This document shows, in pieces, positions 22,901 to 38,300 of a DNA stretch of 64,000 nucleotides. The notes below the pieces were generated by a model. The model was not told the DNA's origin. It worked only from the letters and a program-made list of their open reading frames with translations, and did no database searches. Positions within the stretch are counted from its first letter, which is position 1, and each line of letters starts with the position of its first letter. This stretch comes from Octopus sinensis. Taxonomy: Eukaryota. A program made the translations under genes and the position numbers. The stretch covers positions 20,460,001-20,524,000 of the forward strand of contig NC_043022.1 of NCBI RefSeq assembly GCF_006345805.1, in the 5' to 3' direction.

Positions 22901-25900
22901 TGGAACCTTAGGTAAGTGTTTTCAACTATGGCCCTGGGCCAACCAAAGCCTTGTGAGTGGATTTGGTAGACGGAAACTGAAGGAATCCCATCATGCAGGT
23001 GTCTTTGGGTTTGCCTGTCCCGTCACTGCCATCAAAAAAAAGTCCTGGGGTTGATTTTTTTAACTAAGGCCCACGAAGGCAGTGCCCCAGCATAGCTGCA
23101 GCCAAGTGACTGAAACAAAATGTATTTCTTTACTACCCACAGAGTGGACAAACAAGGACAGACAGACGGATTAAGTCGATTACATCGACCCCAGTGCGTA
23201 ACTGGTACTTATTTTATCGATCCCGAAAAGATGAAAGGCAAAGTCGACCTCGGCGGAATTTGAACCCAGAACGTAACGGCAGACGAAATACGGCTACGCA
23301 TTTCGCACGGCGTGCTAACGTTTCTGCCAGTTCACCGCCAATACTGAATGACTGAAACAAAATAGCCATTTAACTTGCAAGAACTAGGATTGAAATGATC
23401 CACTAAACCTTCCAAGACAATGCTCCATCATGGCCACAGCCTGAAACCAATAAAAGACTAAGTATAGACTTACTGAACCAGGTCGCTTCAAGCCATTAAA
23501 TTTGTCGTCTTTTTCAATGATGGTTAGAAGTTCTTGGTTACTATTCATGAAGTAGAGCTGTGAATTCTTCTGCCACTGCAAAGATGGAGGCAAATCTGTG
23601 GTAGGTGACAGGTGAGTGATAAAAGTGGCGTACACGACTGGTTCCTCTGTGATGTCTTTTTCTTGATAAACTGGGTGTGACTCGCTGGGGATGAAAACAT
23701 ACACTGAAAAAGAGAGAGAGAGAGAGTGAAAATGATTGGGAGAATAAGCAAAATATATGGGATTATTCTAATATGGAATGGTGGATTTCGGAGCATAATA
23801 AAGCTGTAAATAATCCCATATATCAAGATAGGCGCAGGAGTGGCTGTGTGGTAAGTAGCTTGCTTACCAACCACATGGTTCCGGGTTCAGTCCCACTGCG
23901 TGGCACCTTGGACAAGTGTCTTCTACTATAGCTTTGGGCCGACCAAAGCCTTGTGAGTGGATTTGGTAGACGGAAACTGAAAGAAGCCTGTTGTATATAT
24001 ATGTATGTATATGTGTGCGTGTATGTTTGTGTTTGTCCCCCTAGCATTGCTTGACAACCGATGCTGGTGTGTTTATGTCCCCGTCACTTAGCAGTTCGGC
24101 AAAAGAGACCGATAGAATAAGTACTGGGCTTACAAAGAATAAGTCCCGGGGTCGAGTTGCTCGATTAAAGGCCCTGCTCCAGCATGGCTGCAGTCAAATG
24201 ACTGAAACAAGTAAAAGAGTATATAATTAAATTAGATTCAAACAAAAAATTTGGAGGCTGCATGAAATGATAATAATAATCTTTTCTACTATAGGCACAA
24301 GGCCTGAAATTTGGAGGAGGGGGACAGTCGATTACATCAACCCCAGTGTTTCACTGGTACTTAATTTATCAACCCCGAAAGAATAAAAGGCAAAGTTGAC
24401 CTTGGTGGAATTTGAACTCAGAATGTAGTGACTGGCGAAATACTGCTAAGCATTTTGTCCAGCATGCTAAAGATTCTGCCAGCTCACTGCCTTAATAATA
24501 ATAATCCTTTCTACTATAGGCATTGGCACAAGGCCTGAAATTTGGAGGGGGAGGGGTTAAGTCGATTAAATCAACCCCAGTACTCACCTGGTACTTAATT
24601 TATCGACTACAAAAGGATGAACGGTAAAGTCAACCGTGGCAGAATTTGAACTCGGGATGCAGTGATGAGAGAAATTGGGGACCCCCTTTGGTTATCAATG
24701 ACCACGGGATTGCACCTAGAAAGTTACAAGTCCAGGCAAGATTGTTTATGGAAGACCAGCAGTTGCCTATGCATACCAGCCTCTCCTCTCTATGCCACCA
24801 GTGTTATCAAAGAGAAAGGCAAAGGCTGATACAGCTTGGCACCTGAGATGTCCCAACACATTTCCACAGCTAAAGGAACTGGAGCAATGTGAAATAAAGT
24901 GCCTTACTCAAGAACATAACACACAACCCAGTCCGGGAAATGAACTCACAATCTCACAATCATAAGCTTGATGTTCTAACCACTGAGCCATGCACTTTCA
25001 CTGATGAGGAAAACACCACTAAGCATTTCGTCCAGTATGCTAACAATTCTGCCAGCTCACCACCTTAATAATAATAATAATAATAATAATAATTCTTTCT
25101 ACTGGAAGCACAAAACCTCAAATTTGGGGGACGGGCTTTAAGTCAATTTCACTGACCCCAGTGCATAACTGGTACTTATTTTATCAACCCTGAAAGGATG
25201 AAAGGCAAAGTCAACCTCAGCGGAATTTGAATTAAGGAAGCAGTGACGGGGGAAATACCACTAAGTATTTTGTCCGGAGTGCTAATGATTCTGCCAGCAC
25301 ACCATCTTAATAATAATAATAAACCTTACTACTCTGATGGTGGTGGTAATGATGATGATGATGATGATGATGATGACAGTGATGGTGATAATGGTGGGTG
25401 GGTGTATCGCTTGGACAACAACAAAAAAAGCAATAATGTTTCCTGAATCTCTGGCACGCCCAAGTCATGTTGCTGTTCCCACCTTCGAAGACCAATAAAA
25501 ATTACTGGAGTCAACGCAATCAACTAAAAAAAAAACCTTCGAGGTGATACCCCAAGCATAGCCTCACTCCAAACACTGAAATTGGGGGGAAAAAACAACA
25601 ACCAATGGAAACTACACAAGATAAAGGAAGGTACTTACAGCATTTGTCTTCAGTGAAAGCAGCCATTATTTCAGTGTCGGGGTCCACGGTTAAACAGGAC
25701 ACTGAAACGTTAACTGACCATAATACTAGAATAAAAGAAAATAAGGGTCAACAATTAGGAAGAGTATGAACCATACAAACTTCATGCTGGATATTGAACT
25801 GGAAATTTCAGTACAAGGGGATAAAAATGGGTAGATTAGAGCAATGGTGGTATGCTCCTTGAAACTGTGACTACTTACTGTATTTTAATGTAAGGAACCC

Positions 25901-28900
25901 TTTTTTTGCCAAAAATTAGGTTAAAATAAATAAGCATTACATTTGACAGAATATGAATGCTAATGGGTTAATCCTCCTTATAGTCCTAAAACCAGAGGAA
26001 AATACCACGTGAGATGATGATCATCACCATCTCATTTAATGTCCATGTCCAATGCTGGTATGGGTTGGAAGGTTCTGTAAGGATCTGATGGGTTCAAGGA
26101 TTGTACCATGCTCCACTATCTGCTTTGGTATGGTTTCTATGACTGGATGCCTTTCCTAATGCCAACCACTTCACAGTGTAGACTTGGTATTTTTTCTCAT
26201 GCCACTATTACTAGTGAGGTAAGGGGAATATGGTAACAAAATGGTTAAAGGGAGCTAAATTAAAACCTTCCATTAAAATTTCATGTTAATTGGTTCCAAA
26301 CGGCAGATTAATGTCGACAAAGTTATTTCACTAAATTTGTTGTTATTCTCACTGAATCAAAATCAAAATCGATCAACATCAATGGAAATTGTAGCTGTGA
26401 TACCAGTGCCACGTAAGAGAACCATCCAAACGTGGCTGTTGCCAGCGGCACGTAAAAAGCACCATCTGATCGTGGCACATAAAAAGCACCCACTACACTC
26501 ATGGAGTGGTTGGCGTTAGGAAGGGCATCCAGCCGTAGAAACATTGCCAGATCAGACTGGGCCCGGTGCAGCCCTCTGGCTTCCCAGACCCCAGTTGAAC
26601 TGTCCAACCCATGCTAGCATGGAAAGCAGATGCTAAACGATGATGATGATGAAGCAGTATATTTCACCAGAAATATAGTAACGAAAAGAATAAACACAGG
26701 AATATGAAAGAAAAAGTTTTTAGACTTACCAGTGCTAGTAAGTATATTCCAGACCGTTAACCTTGATTCTGAAGTCGTTACTAACAAATGGAAACAACTC
26801 TTTCGACCAAACTTCAATTGTCTGATGATGACAATGACGACAACAAATAAAGGATAGAGAGAAAGAATGGATGACAAAATAAAGAATAATTTCAATAAAA
26901 GAATACAATGTCACATTATTATATAGCATTACATATCATCATCATGGTTCCTTAAATCCTTAAAAATGTTTTAGCCTGAAGGCCGCGGCCATGCTGGGGC
27001 ACCACTGTTATTTATTTTCTATTAGTTTCCATCTCTAAACTGCAATTACAGCCATGCTGGGGTCCCCGCCTTGCAGAACCCTTGGTTGGTCAACAGGAGG
27101 CTATAGAAGACACTTGTCCAGATTGCCATGCAGTGGGACTGAACCCAGAGCCATACAGGCCGATACAGCTTGGCACCAGTGATGCCACAGCTCATTTCTA
27201 CAGCTTTGTGGACTGGAGCAATGAGAAATAAAGTGTCTTGCTCAAGAACACAACACACTGCTTGGTATCAAACTTATGATCGTGAGCTGAACACCCTAAC
27301 CATTAAACTATGTGCTTTCACAAACTTCTCTCTCTCTCTCTCCCTTTCTCCACACACACACACAAACATGATAATGTTTTCTATGTTCAGTTATAACAGG
27401 GGTTCTCAACCATTTTTTACCTATGGACCCCCATAGCCATCTGATGTTTACAAACTAGCTCTATACATACTTCTTTCAAAATTCCTATTTTCTTTTCCAC
27501 ATATCAATTTGTGTAAAATGAAGGGGAAAGAAATATAGCTGTTTGTTGAAATACATACATCTAAAGCACCTTTTTTTTTTAAGGGCTCTTCAAATATTAT
27601 TGTGAATCCCCAATTTATTATTTTGTTGCATGAACCCCCAAAATTCTTATATGGGCCCTGGTTGAGAACCACCGAGTTATAATAAAAACCAATAATTTTA
27701 CATTAACCTGATGGGTTACTCTTTTACTCGTTTCAGTCATTTGACTGCGGCCATGCTGGAGCACCGCCTTTAGTCGAGCAAATCGACCCCAGGACTTACT
27801 CCCTGTAAGCCCAGTACTTATTCTGTTGGTCTCTTTTGCCAAACTGTTAAGTTACGGGGACGTAAATACACCAGCATCGGTTGTCAAGTGATGTTAGGGG
27901 GACAAACACAGACACACACATATATATATATACATATATATACGACGGGCTTCTTTCAGTTTCCGTCTACCAAATCCACTCATAAGGCTGACTTGTTAAG
28001 CCATCGTTGGACTGCCTAATATATATAAACATACAGATGTCTATGATGAACTATATAAAGCTGTTCAATAAATGACTTACCTGCAATTGGATTGATCTAA
28101 TGGATTTTGTAGGACTCGTTGAAGGGATTTGGTCAACGGATCCCAAATTGTTATCAGGTGATTGAAGGTAACTCCAAGCAAAGAAGCATCTTCTGTAAAA
28201 GAGGCATCTTTGGGAATATAATCTCGGTAAAATCCTTCCAGTTCACAACTCCACTTGGTCTCCTTGACTGAAGAAAAAAAATTGTTTAACATTAAGATTT
28301 CTGTGTCAAATGTAATGCTTATTTATTCATATCGTTTGGGTTAATCATACGTCTTGTCATAGGTTTGAGATTTTGATGATGTGATTCTTTATTTTTAGAA
28401 TGATGTTGTGGGATGGGCATGAGAAGAGGGATCTAGTCTGTTTGAACATAAAACAATTAGAATACTTAGGTTGGACATGGTTGGTTTAAATGCTAAAGGT
28501 TTGAAGAAGGATACATAATTATGATGCAGTCCTCAGAAACTGTCGAATGAGCGGATGGTCGGTCAAGATTCTCTTCCAAATAAAATACATCATTGAATGT
28601 CATTTCTTGTATAAAGAAAGCAACACAGGATAAAGTAACATACAGCTATCTGTTTTGCTGGAAGTCCTTCCTAATGCCAGCGATTCTCAGAGTGGACCGT
28701 GCAAAAATGCACCCAGTTCACTCAGCAAAGTAGTTGGTGTTAGGAAGGGCATCCAGCCGTAAAATCCATGCCAAAACAGACAATGGAACTTGGCACAATT
28801 CTCTGGCTGGCCAGCTCCGGTCATACCTATTTCTTTACTGCCCACAAGGGGACAAACAAGGACAGACAAATGGATTAAGTCGATTACATCGACCCCAGTG

Positions 28901-31386
28901 AGTAACTGGTAGGTCGACTTTGCCTTTCATCCTTTCGGGGTCGATAAATTAAGTACCAGTTACGCACTGGGGTGGATGTAATCGACTTAATACCTATGTC
29001 TGTCCTTGTTTGTCCCCTCTGTGTTTAGCCCCTTGTGGGTAATAAAGAAATAGGTACTTATTTAATCACCCCCGAAAGGATGAAAGGCAAAGTCGACCTC
29101 GGCGGAACTTGAACTCAGAACGTAGTAGCAGACGAAATACCGCTGAGCATTTCGTCCGGTGTGCTAACGTCTCTGTCAGCTCGCCGCTGACCAATACCAG
29201 CATGGAAGATGAGTTTGAAAGGATATGATGATGATGATGACGACGACAGCTATTTCATGTATGTTAGTACACATAAAAGCAGAAACAAAAGTTTGATAAC
29301 AATGAAAGGGTATTTTGTGTGTGTTAATACAAAAAAAAAAAAAACCCCAAGAAAGCAAAGTATTACTTAATGGCCCTTTTGTTTGTACACAGAATTACAT
29401 GAAACAAATATTCTGTTATTACCCAATTGTAAATCTTGTAGTTGCATCAGACCAGCAAAATGATTTTGGATAGGGCTTCAAGTACTCAGACATGGCATTA
29501 GTGTGATGGCTGGACTAGTATTATCAATGTAGTGTTCTGTACTGCACTCAATACTCTGTCGAAAAATACCTTAGGAATGAGAACCCAGGTTCGAAATTTC
29601 CCCAAGACTCCTGAAGGCTCTAGGGTATATCAACTGAAACGTATTAACAACAAACAAGATGAGTATAAATATCTGTCAAATGTAAATCCTCATCATCATC
29701 GTTTAGCGTCCGCTTTCCATGCTAGCATGGGCTGGACAATTTGACTGAGGGCTGGCGAACCAGATGGCTGCACCAGGCTTCAATCTTGATCTGGCAGAGT
29801 TTCTACAGCTGGATGCCCTTCCTAACACCAACCACTCTGAGAGTGTAGTGGGTGCTTTTATGTGCCACCGGCACAGGGCCAGTCAGGCAGTACTGGCAAT
29901 GACGTCGCTTGAATCTTTTACACATGTCACTGGCACAGGTGCCAGTAAGGTGATGCTGGTAACGATCACGCTCGAATGGTGTCTTTTACGTGCCACCGGC
30001 ACGGAGGCCAGATAGCCGCTCTGGCAATGATAACGCTCGGATGGTGCTCTTAATACCCTACTAGCACGGGGCTCGAGTGCCAGTAAGGCGAAGCTGGTAA
30101 TGATCACACTCGAATGGTGCTTTTTAAGTGCCACTGGCACAGAAGCCGGTTAGCCGCTCTGTCAATAATCACACTCGTATGGTGCTCTTTGCACCTCGCT
30201 AGTCATAATTCCTCTATTCTACCAAAATTAATGCTTTTTCATCCACTTTGTTTTGAACTAATCATGCATTATCTTGTAATTATGAGAATTTGATAAGGTA
30301 GCTGTTAATTTTTAAAACGATATTGTAGGGTTGGTGTGAGAGACCTGATCTGGCCAGTTTGAACATAAAACAGGTAGAATACTTTTGGCCGGATATGGCC
30401 GGTTTAAATGCTAAAGGGTTAAATATAGAACTCTACCTCTTCTGCATTCTTCACTCTCAATAGATGATGCTAAACCATGAAGTACCACAAACACTCACCA
30501 CAACCATAATACACTGCAATCACTATGTAATTGAAATACTTACCACTGAGACTGGGATCACGAGGAGGAAGACCCCACAGTTTAAACATTCCGTCTTCAC
30601 TACAAGTGACAACTGATTGCCCCGCAGCGCCGCCTGGTTGTCCAACAGTTGGACTGAGCCGAGAGAAGCATAAACTGTTGACATGTTTCAGATGAGGTGA
30701 TGTAATTATTGTGTTGAGTATGTACCTAGGAAATAAAAACGTGCGTGTATATATAAGTAGGAATTTCCACCTTCCATCCACCGCTCTTCTTTTGTTCACA
30801 GGTGTATGTATGTGTGTCTGTTTATCTTGAGATTGTGGTGATTGTAAATGAATGTCGTAATCACACATATTCATTTTGAATATTCTATGTAAACATGTCT
30901 GGCCGTGGGGGAAATAAAATCTGGTACTCTGTTGGTTATGGTGATGAGGGTTCCAGCTGATTCGATCAAGGGAATAGCCTCCTTGTGGAATTTCTTACTA
31001 CAATAGGCACAAATCCTGAAATATATATACATATATACGATAGGGTTCTTTCAGTTTCCGTCTACCAAATCCACTCACAAGGCTTTGGTCCACCTGAGGC
31101 TATAGTAGAAAACACTTACCCAAGGTGCCACGCAGTGGGACTGAAGCTACTTACCATACAGCCACTCCTACGTCTATTGATTTTTTTCTGGTTTTTTGTT
31201 TCTACCTGGAATAGGCATAAGAGTGGCTGTGTGGTAAGTAGCTTGTTTACCAACCAGATGGTTCCGGGTTCAGTCCCACTGCGTGGCACCTTGGGCAAGT
31301 GTCTTCTACTATAGCCTCAGGTCGACCAAAGCCTTGTGAGTGGATTTGGTAGATGGAAACTGAAAGAACCCCATCGTATATATGTC

Positions 31387-31419
<33 letters not shown>

Positions 31420-33276
31420 ATATGTTTGTCCCCTCAAGATCGCTTGATAGCCGATGCTGGTGTGTTTATTTCCCCGTCACTTAGAGGTTCGGCAAAAGAG
31501 ACCGATAGAATAAGTACTAGGCTTACAAAGAATAAGTCCCAGGGTCGATTTGCTCAACTAAAGGCGGTGCTCTAGCATGGCCACAGTCAAATGACTGAAA
31601 CAAGTAAAAGAGTAAAGAGTAATGAGACACAAAAGACATGGTCTTAATGAATTTCATAATATATCTGCTCAATAAGGGCCAATTTGGGGGCTAAAAACAA
31701 AAACAAGCAAAAGTAAAAGGGAAAATAAAAATGTTATTTACTTTTGTTTCTTTGAGTTGTAATGCCAAAACTTCAAATGTATTTCTGGATCAAACCCAGA
31801 TATTTCCCAATGCTGCAAAGTGGCCAGCCACTCACCGTCGTCGCTGAAACCTGCCTTGACCACGTCTACGACGCCTGCCTGTTTCTCAAGATTCTCGGGA
31901 GAAATGTAGTTAACTCCAACTACATCCAACTGAAACGAAACAACAAAAATAGGGTTGATCAAACTGGAAAGAAACCCACCACACACACACATATTTTTTC
32001 TTGAGACCCCCTTCAGTCATGACTGACCATGGGATTGCACCTAGAAAGTTACCCTCCCAAAGTTGGACATATGACAGTTTAACATAATGACACACACACA
32101 TATGTTTCTGACGAAGAGCTCCACTCGAAACATTAGATCCTCCTTCTTTCTTTCCTTTCCTGAGCATCCAATAACACTATATTTGTTCCATGTCTTTGTG
32201 TTTTCTCTTTGTTCATGTTTGGATTAACTATATATATATATATAAAAACTGTACTGGGAGAAGAAGAAACGAAACGAATCGACGCGAGGACGCTCAGTCA
32301 TACAATAGTGTAATAAATAAAATATATGCATACATACATACATATATGTACGTACCTATATCTATATATGTACGTACTTACATCTACATGTATATATACA
32401 TGTAGATGTAGGTACGTACATATATGTATGTATGCATATATTTTATTTATTACACTATATATATATATATATTGGTATTGATTTGTTTACATCCCTGTAA
32501 ATTAGCAGATCGGCAAAAGTGACTGATAGAATTAAAAAAATCCTGGGTTTGATTCATCCGACTGAAATATTCAAGGCGGTGCTCCAGTATGGCCGCAGTC
32601 TAATGACTGAAGCAAGTATAAGATAAGAGGAACCTAAGGTACTTACATTAAAGAGAGGTTTATTGGTGTGCATACAATAGAACTGTAAATGGCCAGGCTT
32701 TCCATTTGAAACCAAAGCTTTCTTGTTTGGGTCGTAGAGTAAACCAACAGGATATGGATTTGCTAATTGGTAACCCAACTCCCGTACTGTAATACCAGTT
32801 ATAGCTTGGACTATTGATGAGCTGCTGTTGTCAATCACCAGTATTTCTGTAAAGTGAAAAATACAGACTAGAATGAAATATTTATAAACAATTTTCTTTT
32901 TAAACTAGCACTATGACCCGGCAACACTGGGTCATAGTGCTAGTGCATGCATATACAGCTGCGTGCGTGCGCACATACACACGAGTACTGTCCAAATCTC
33001 TGACTAATCACATGCAGCTAGCTGGCATTCAATTGGCGTATCAAGTTTCGGGCATTTTGATTGGGTTTTGGATAGAAAATTCACAAAAAAGTCATTTGAC
33101 TGCGGCCATGCTGGAGCACTGCCTTTAATCGAGCAACTCGACCCCGGGACTTATTCTTTTATAAGCCCAGTACTTATTCTATCGGTCTCTTTTGCCGAAC
33201 CGCTAAGTAACGGGGACATAAACACACCAGCATTGGTTGTCAAGCAATGCTAGGGGGACAAACACAGACACACACA

Positions 33277-33326
<50 letters not shown>

Positions 33327-35284
33327 CATATGACGGGCTTCTTTCAGTTTCCGTCTACCAAATCCACTCACAAGGCTTTGGTCGGCCCGAGGCTATAGTA
33401 GAAGACACTTGCCCAAGGTGCCACGCAGTGGGACTGAACCCGGAACCATGTGGTTGGTAAACAAGCTACTTACCACACAGCCACTCCTGCGCCTATAATA
33501 GAAATATGTTACAAAGAGAAAATAGAAACTACACGTGGTAATGTGAGGGGAAAGTAAGAAAAATCAACGAAAATGAACATTGTAAATAAAAAATGGTAAG
33601 GCCTTTTTGTGAAAAGTAACGAAAGATATATACAATTAGATGAACTGAGGTAGGTATAAAAGTAATAAAAGTCATTATTGTGAGATTATTAAAGAGATTC
33701 AAGCATACCGACGGTTTCGTAAGTTACTATTCATTGCTTTGAATGAACACCGGTTACTATATATAAATATATACGTAGACTTTGAGAGAAAGTATATTGT
33801 TAACTGAATTAAACCTCCATCTATTCCCGTGTTGTCATTCCTAAAAGGTCGCTTCAAAAATTTTACTGAGAATTATCTTCTTTTTCAATGTTAGGAGACT
33901 TACCGTTATCAGAGAGGCAAAGAACGGTCAGCCGATTGTCAGGAGATACGGAGATAGCCTTAATCGGAGCACCAAGCCTGGGTAGAAAGTCTCTAGTTTG
34001 CTGTAAAAGGTGCCAGGTGACCAGAGTGCATTCATGACCACCACTAAAAAGGCGGGTCCCTGAAAAAGAAAAGATTACAAAGTTACAAAAACAGAGCAAA
34101 TGCACACATACACATCATCATATAAAGTTCATTTTCCATGCTGGAAAAAGTACTTATTCTATTGGTCTCTTTTGCCGAACTGCTAAGTTGCAGGGACGTA
34201 AACACATCAGCATCGGTTGTCAAGCGATGTTGGGGGAGAACAAACACACACATATATACGACGGGCTTCTTTCAGTTTCCGTCTACCAAATCCACTCACA
34301 AGGCTTTGGTCGGCCCGAGGCTATAGTAGAAGATACTTGCCCAGGGTACCACGCAGTGTGACTGAACCTGGAACCATGTAGTTTGTAAGCAAGCTACTTA
34401 CCATACAGCCACTCCTGCGCCTATGATAAAGAAGCCTGAATGCTAAACAGTTAAATGATGGTGTGGATAACTTTTACTGAATTTACTACACTCACGGAGT
34501 GGTTGGCGTTAGGAAGGGCATCCAGCTGTAGAAACATCGCCAGATCAGACTGGGCTTGGCGAAGCCTTCTGGCTTCCCAGACCCCAGTTGAACCGTCCAA
34601 CCCATGCTAGCATGGAAAACAAACGTTAAATGATGATGATGATGATGAATGATTAAAAACATTGGTGAAAAAGAAAATAAATCCACCGCTTTCAAACAAA
34701 AATACCCTGTGGTACTTATTCCGCTTGTGTTGCATCAATGATTGTCAGAGACAATATAGAAATTAAAGTCATTAAGAAAAACAAAAGTAAAAAAGGAATA
34801 AAAATGAAATACTGACCTTCAGCTGAGAACCTCAAGTCCATCACTGGCAAAGCATGCCAATGGTTCGTGGTTTTTATCACTTTGGAAGATCCAAGGAATC
34901 GTCTCCTGCAAATACAAATTACAACCCTAGGTCAATTGTTGACGATCATGTAGATTTGTGATTTGAGATATTCCTTCAATAATTACCCTGGATTTGGTAG
35001 ATGGAAACTGAAAGAATCCCATCATATATGTATGTGTTTGTATGTTTCCATTGCATGGGGTTTTGGGCAAGTGCCTTCTACTTATAATACAGGGGAGACA
35101 AAAGCCTTGTGAGCGGATATAGTAGACAGAAACTGAGAGAAGCTTGCTTCCCAACCACATGGTTCTGGGTTCAGTCTCACTGCGTAGCACCTCGGGCAAG
35201 TCTCTTTTACTATAGCCATGGGTCGTCCAAGGCCTTGTAAGTGAATTTGGTAGATGGAAACTGAAAGAAACCCGTCATATATGA

Positions 35285-35323
<39 letters not shown>

Positions 35324-38300
35324 CGTGTCTGAATTTGTCCCCCTCACCATTGCTTGACAACTGTAACTTAGCAGTCAGTTCAGCAAAAGAGACCGAATAG
35401 AATAAGTACTGGGCTTACAAAGAATAAGCCCTGGGGTCAATCCGTTCGACTAAAGGCAGTGCTCCAGCATGGCCGCAGTCAAATGACAGAAACAAGAGAT
35501 ATATGTATATGTGTGTGTTTTGATGTTTTCATTGCATGGCAACTTGGGCAAGTGTCTTCAACTTATAATACAAAGTAGACAAAAGCTTGCAAGTAGATAT
35601 GGTAGACAGAAACTGAAAGAAGTCTATTGTATATGTATATGTGTGTGCATACGTTTGTATGTACCCTTGTTTTGGAATCACGTGATGATTGTTAAACAAG
35701 CCATGTTTTCTTTTTGCTTCCTGTCTTTCATAAAAATCATGTCTGGCCACAGGGAAATGGTACCTTGCTTGGAAACAGGTGAGGGTTGGCAACAGCAAGA
35801 GCATCTGGTCATAGCCATGGAAAACCTGTCTCAATAAATTCCATCTAACCCATGCAAACAAGGAAAAGGGGACACTGAACAATAACAACAGAGAAGGGCT
35901 GTGCCAATGCTTGTCCATGAGGGGGCCCTTCTCCCCCACTGACATTTCATCCTCTAGTGATGCTGTCCGTGCTGGTGCCATATAAAAAGCACCCAGTACA
36001 TTCTGTAAAGTGGCTGGTGCTAGAAAGGGCATCCAACTGTAGAAAGCATGCCAAAAGAGGGCATGGAACCTGATGTGGCTACGGAGATTGCCAGTCCTCC
36101 ATCAAACTGTCCAACCCATGCCAAAATGGAATATGGATATTAAATGTTGTGTGTGTGTGTGTGTGTATTCTTGCATCATCATGCTCATTATAACAAAGAA
36201 TTTGTAGTGTCTATCGAATAAATTTTGTAATTTAATTAAGACAAACCATATGATAATTCTACCATCACTGCTTCCAGTTGCAAGACATTGCTCATTTGGA
36301 TGACAAGACACACATGTGAACCGCCCTTCATTTTGGCAATCAAATCTGAAAGACAATCAATAAAGAATAAATAATAATCATTTCTCACAATGGCATTAGA
36401 TAAGAAATTTTGCAGACATGAGAGAGAGAGAGAGAGTAATATTATTACAGCAGGAGTGGCTGTGTGGTAAGTAGCTTGCTAACCAACCACATGGTTCCGG
36501 ATTCAGTCCCACTGCGTGGCATCTTGGGCAAGTGTCTTCTGCTATAGCCCCGGGCCGACCAATGCCTTGTGAGTGGATTTGGTAGACAGAAACTGAAAGA
36601 AGCCTGCCGTATATATGTATATGTGTGTGTGTGTGTCTGTGTTTGTCCCCCTAGCATTGCTTGACAACCGATGCTGGTGTGTTTACGTCCCCGTCACTTA
36701 GCGGTTCGGCAAAAGAGACCGATAGAATAAGCACTGGGCTTACAAAGAATAAGTCCCGGGGTCGATTTGCTCAACTAAAGGCGGTGCTCCAGCATGGCCA
36801 CAGTCAGAATGACTGAAACAAGTAAAAGAGAGAGAGAGAGTTGCTGTTAAGGTGGTGAGCTGGCAGAATTGTTACAGCAATGGGAAAAATGCTAAGCAAC
36901 ATTTTGTTTGTTTCTAAAGTTCTGAGATCAAATTCCACTGAAGTTGACTTTACATTTCATTCTTGCAGGGTTGGTAAAATAAGTACGACTCCAATACTGG
37001 AGTCGATGTAATCGACTTGGCCCCCTCATGAAACTGCTGTGTATGTCTGTGTTTGATCCCCCACACCATCGCTTGACAACCGATGTTGGTGTGTTTACGT
37101 CCCCATAACTTAGTAGTTCAGCAAAAGTGGCTGATAGGATGATAAGTACTAGACCTACAAAGAATAAGTCCTGGGGTCAATTTGTTTGACTAAAGGTGGT
37201 GCTCCAGCATGACCACAGTCAAATGACTGAAACATATATATATATATATGTAAAAGGTACCCGTGCCAGTGACACATAGAAGCCACCTGTGCCTGTGACA
37301 AGTAAAAGGCACCCGTGCTGGTGACCTCAGTAAAGTGGTTGGCATTAGGGAAGGCATTCAACCATAGGAAACCAAACCAAAACAGATGACTGGAGCTTGG
37401 TGCAGCTCTTCAGCTTGCCAGTTGTGGTCAAATCATTCAACCCATACCAGCATGGATGATGGACATTAAACGAGCATCATCGTTGCCAGAGCAGCCAACT
37501 GGCTCCGTGCCGGTGGATCGTAAAAGGACACCATTCGAGCATGATTGTTACCAGCATCGCCTTACTGGCACCTGTGCCGGCGGCATGTGTAAAAAGATTT
37601 GAGCGAGGTCATTGCCAGTACCGCCTGACTGGCCCCCGTGCCGATGGCACATAAAAAGCACCTACTACACTCACAGAGTGGTTGGCATTAGTAAGGGCTT
37701 CCAGCTGTAGAAACTCTACCAGATCAAGATTGGAGCCTGGTGCGGCCGCCTGGTTCGCCAGCCCTTAGGCAAAATCGTCCAACCCATGCTAGCATGGAAA
37801 GTGGACGTTAAAAGATGATGATGATAAACGATGAATAATACTGGTGATTCATTTGCCACAAGGGCAACAACGTAGAAAACCTTACAGGGACGAATTACAA
37901 AAATGCATTCAACTTACGTCATCGATTGGTTTGATTGGAGATCTTTGATGAACAGTTTTAGTTTAGTAACTGCCGCAACAAATCTTCCCTGGAAATAAAG
38001 AAAAAGAGAAATTCACTTAGTGGCCACTGAGATGAGTTTTCTTTTATTAATCCATCCATGGATGGATGAGAGCAATTACATGAAGAAGTGCTGATCACTT
38101 AAACTGGAGGGAAGTCGTGGAAGAGGGAGACCCAGGAAGACATGGGACGAAGTTTTGAAGGCCAAGCTCAAAATGATGAACGTTACGAAGGAGATGAGAG
38201 AGGATTGAAATACATGGTGCATTGGTCTACTCAAGAAGACTCACCCACCACAACAGAATTGAGGTCCTAAAACTAAGGTACCACGTCAAAAGTGTTGGTG

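Noticed and set aside
25243-25446. Poly-Asp / poly-His ORFs
   Set aside because: (GAT)n microsatellite between degenerate SINEs
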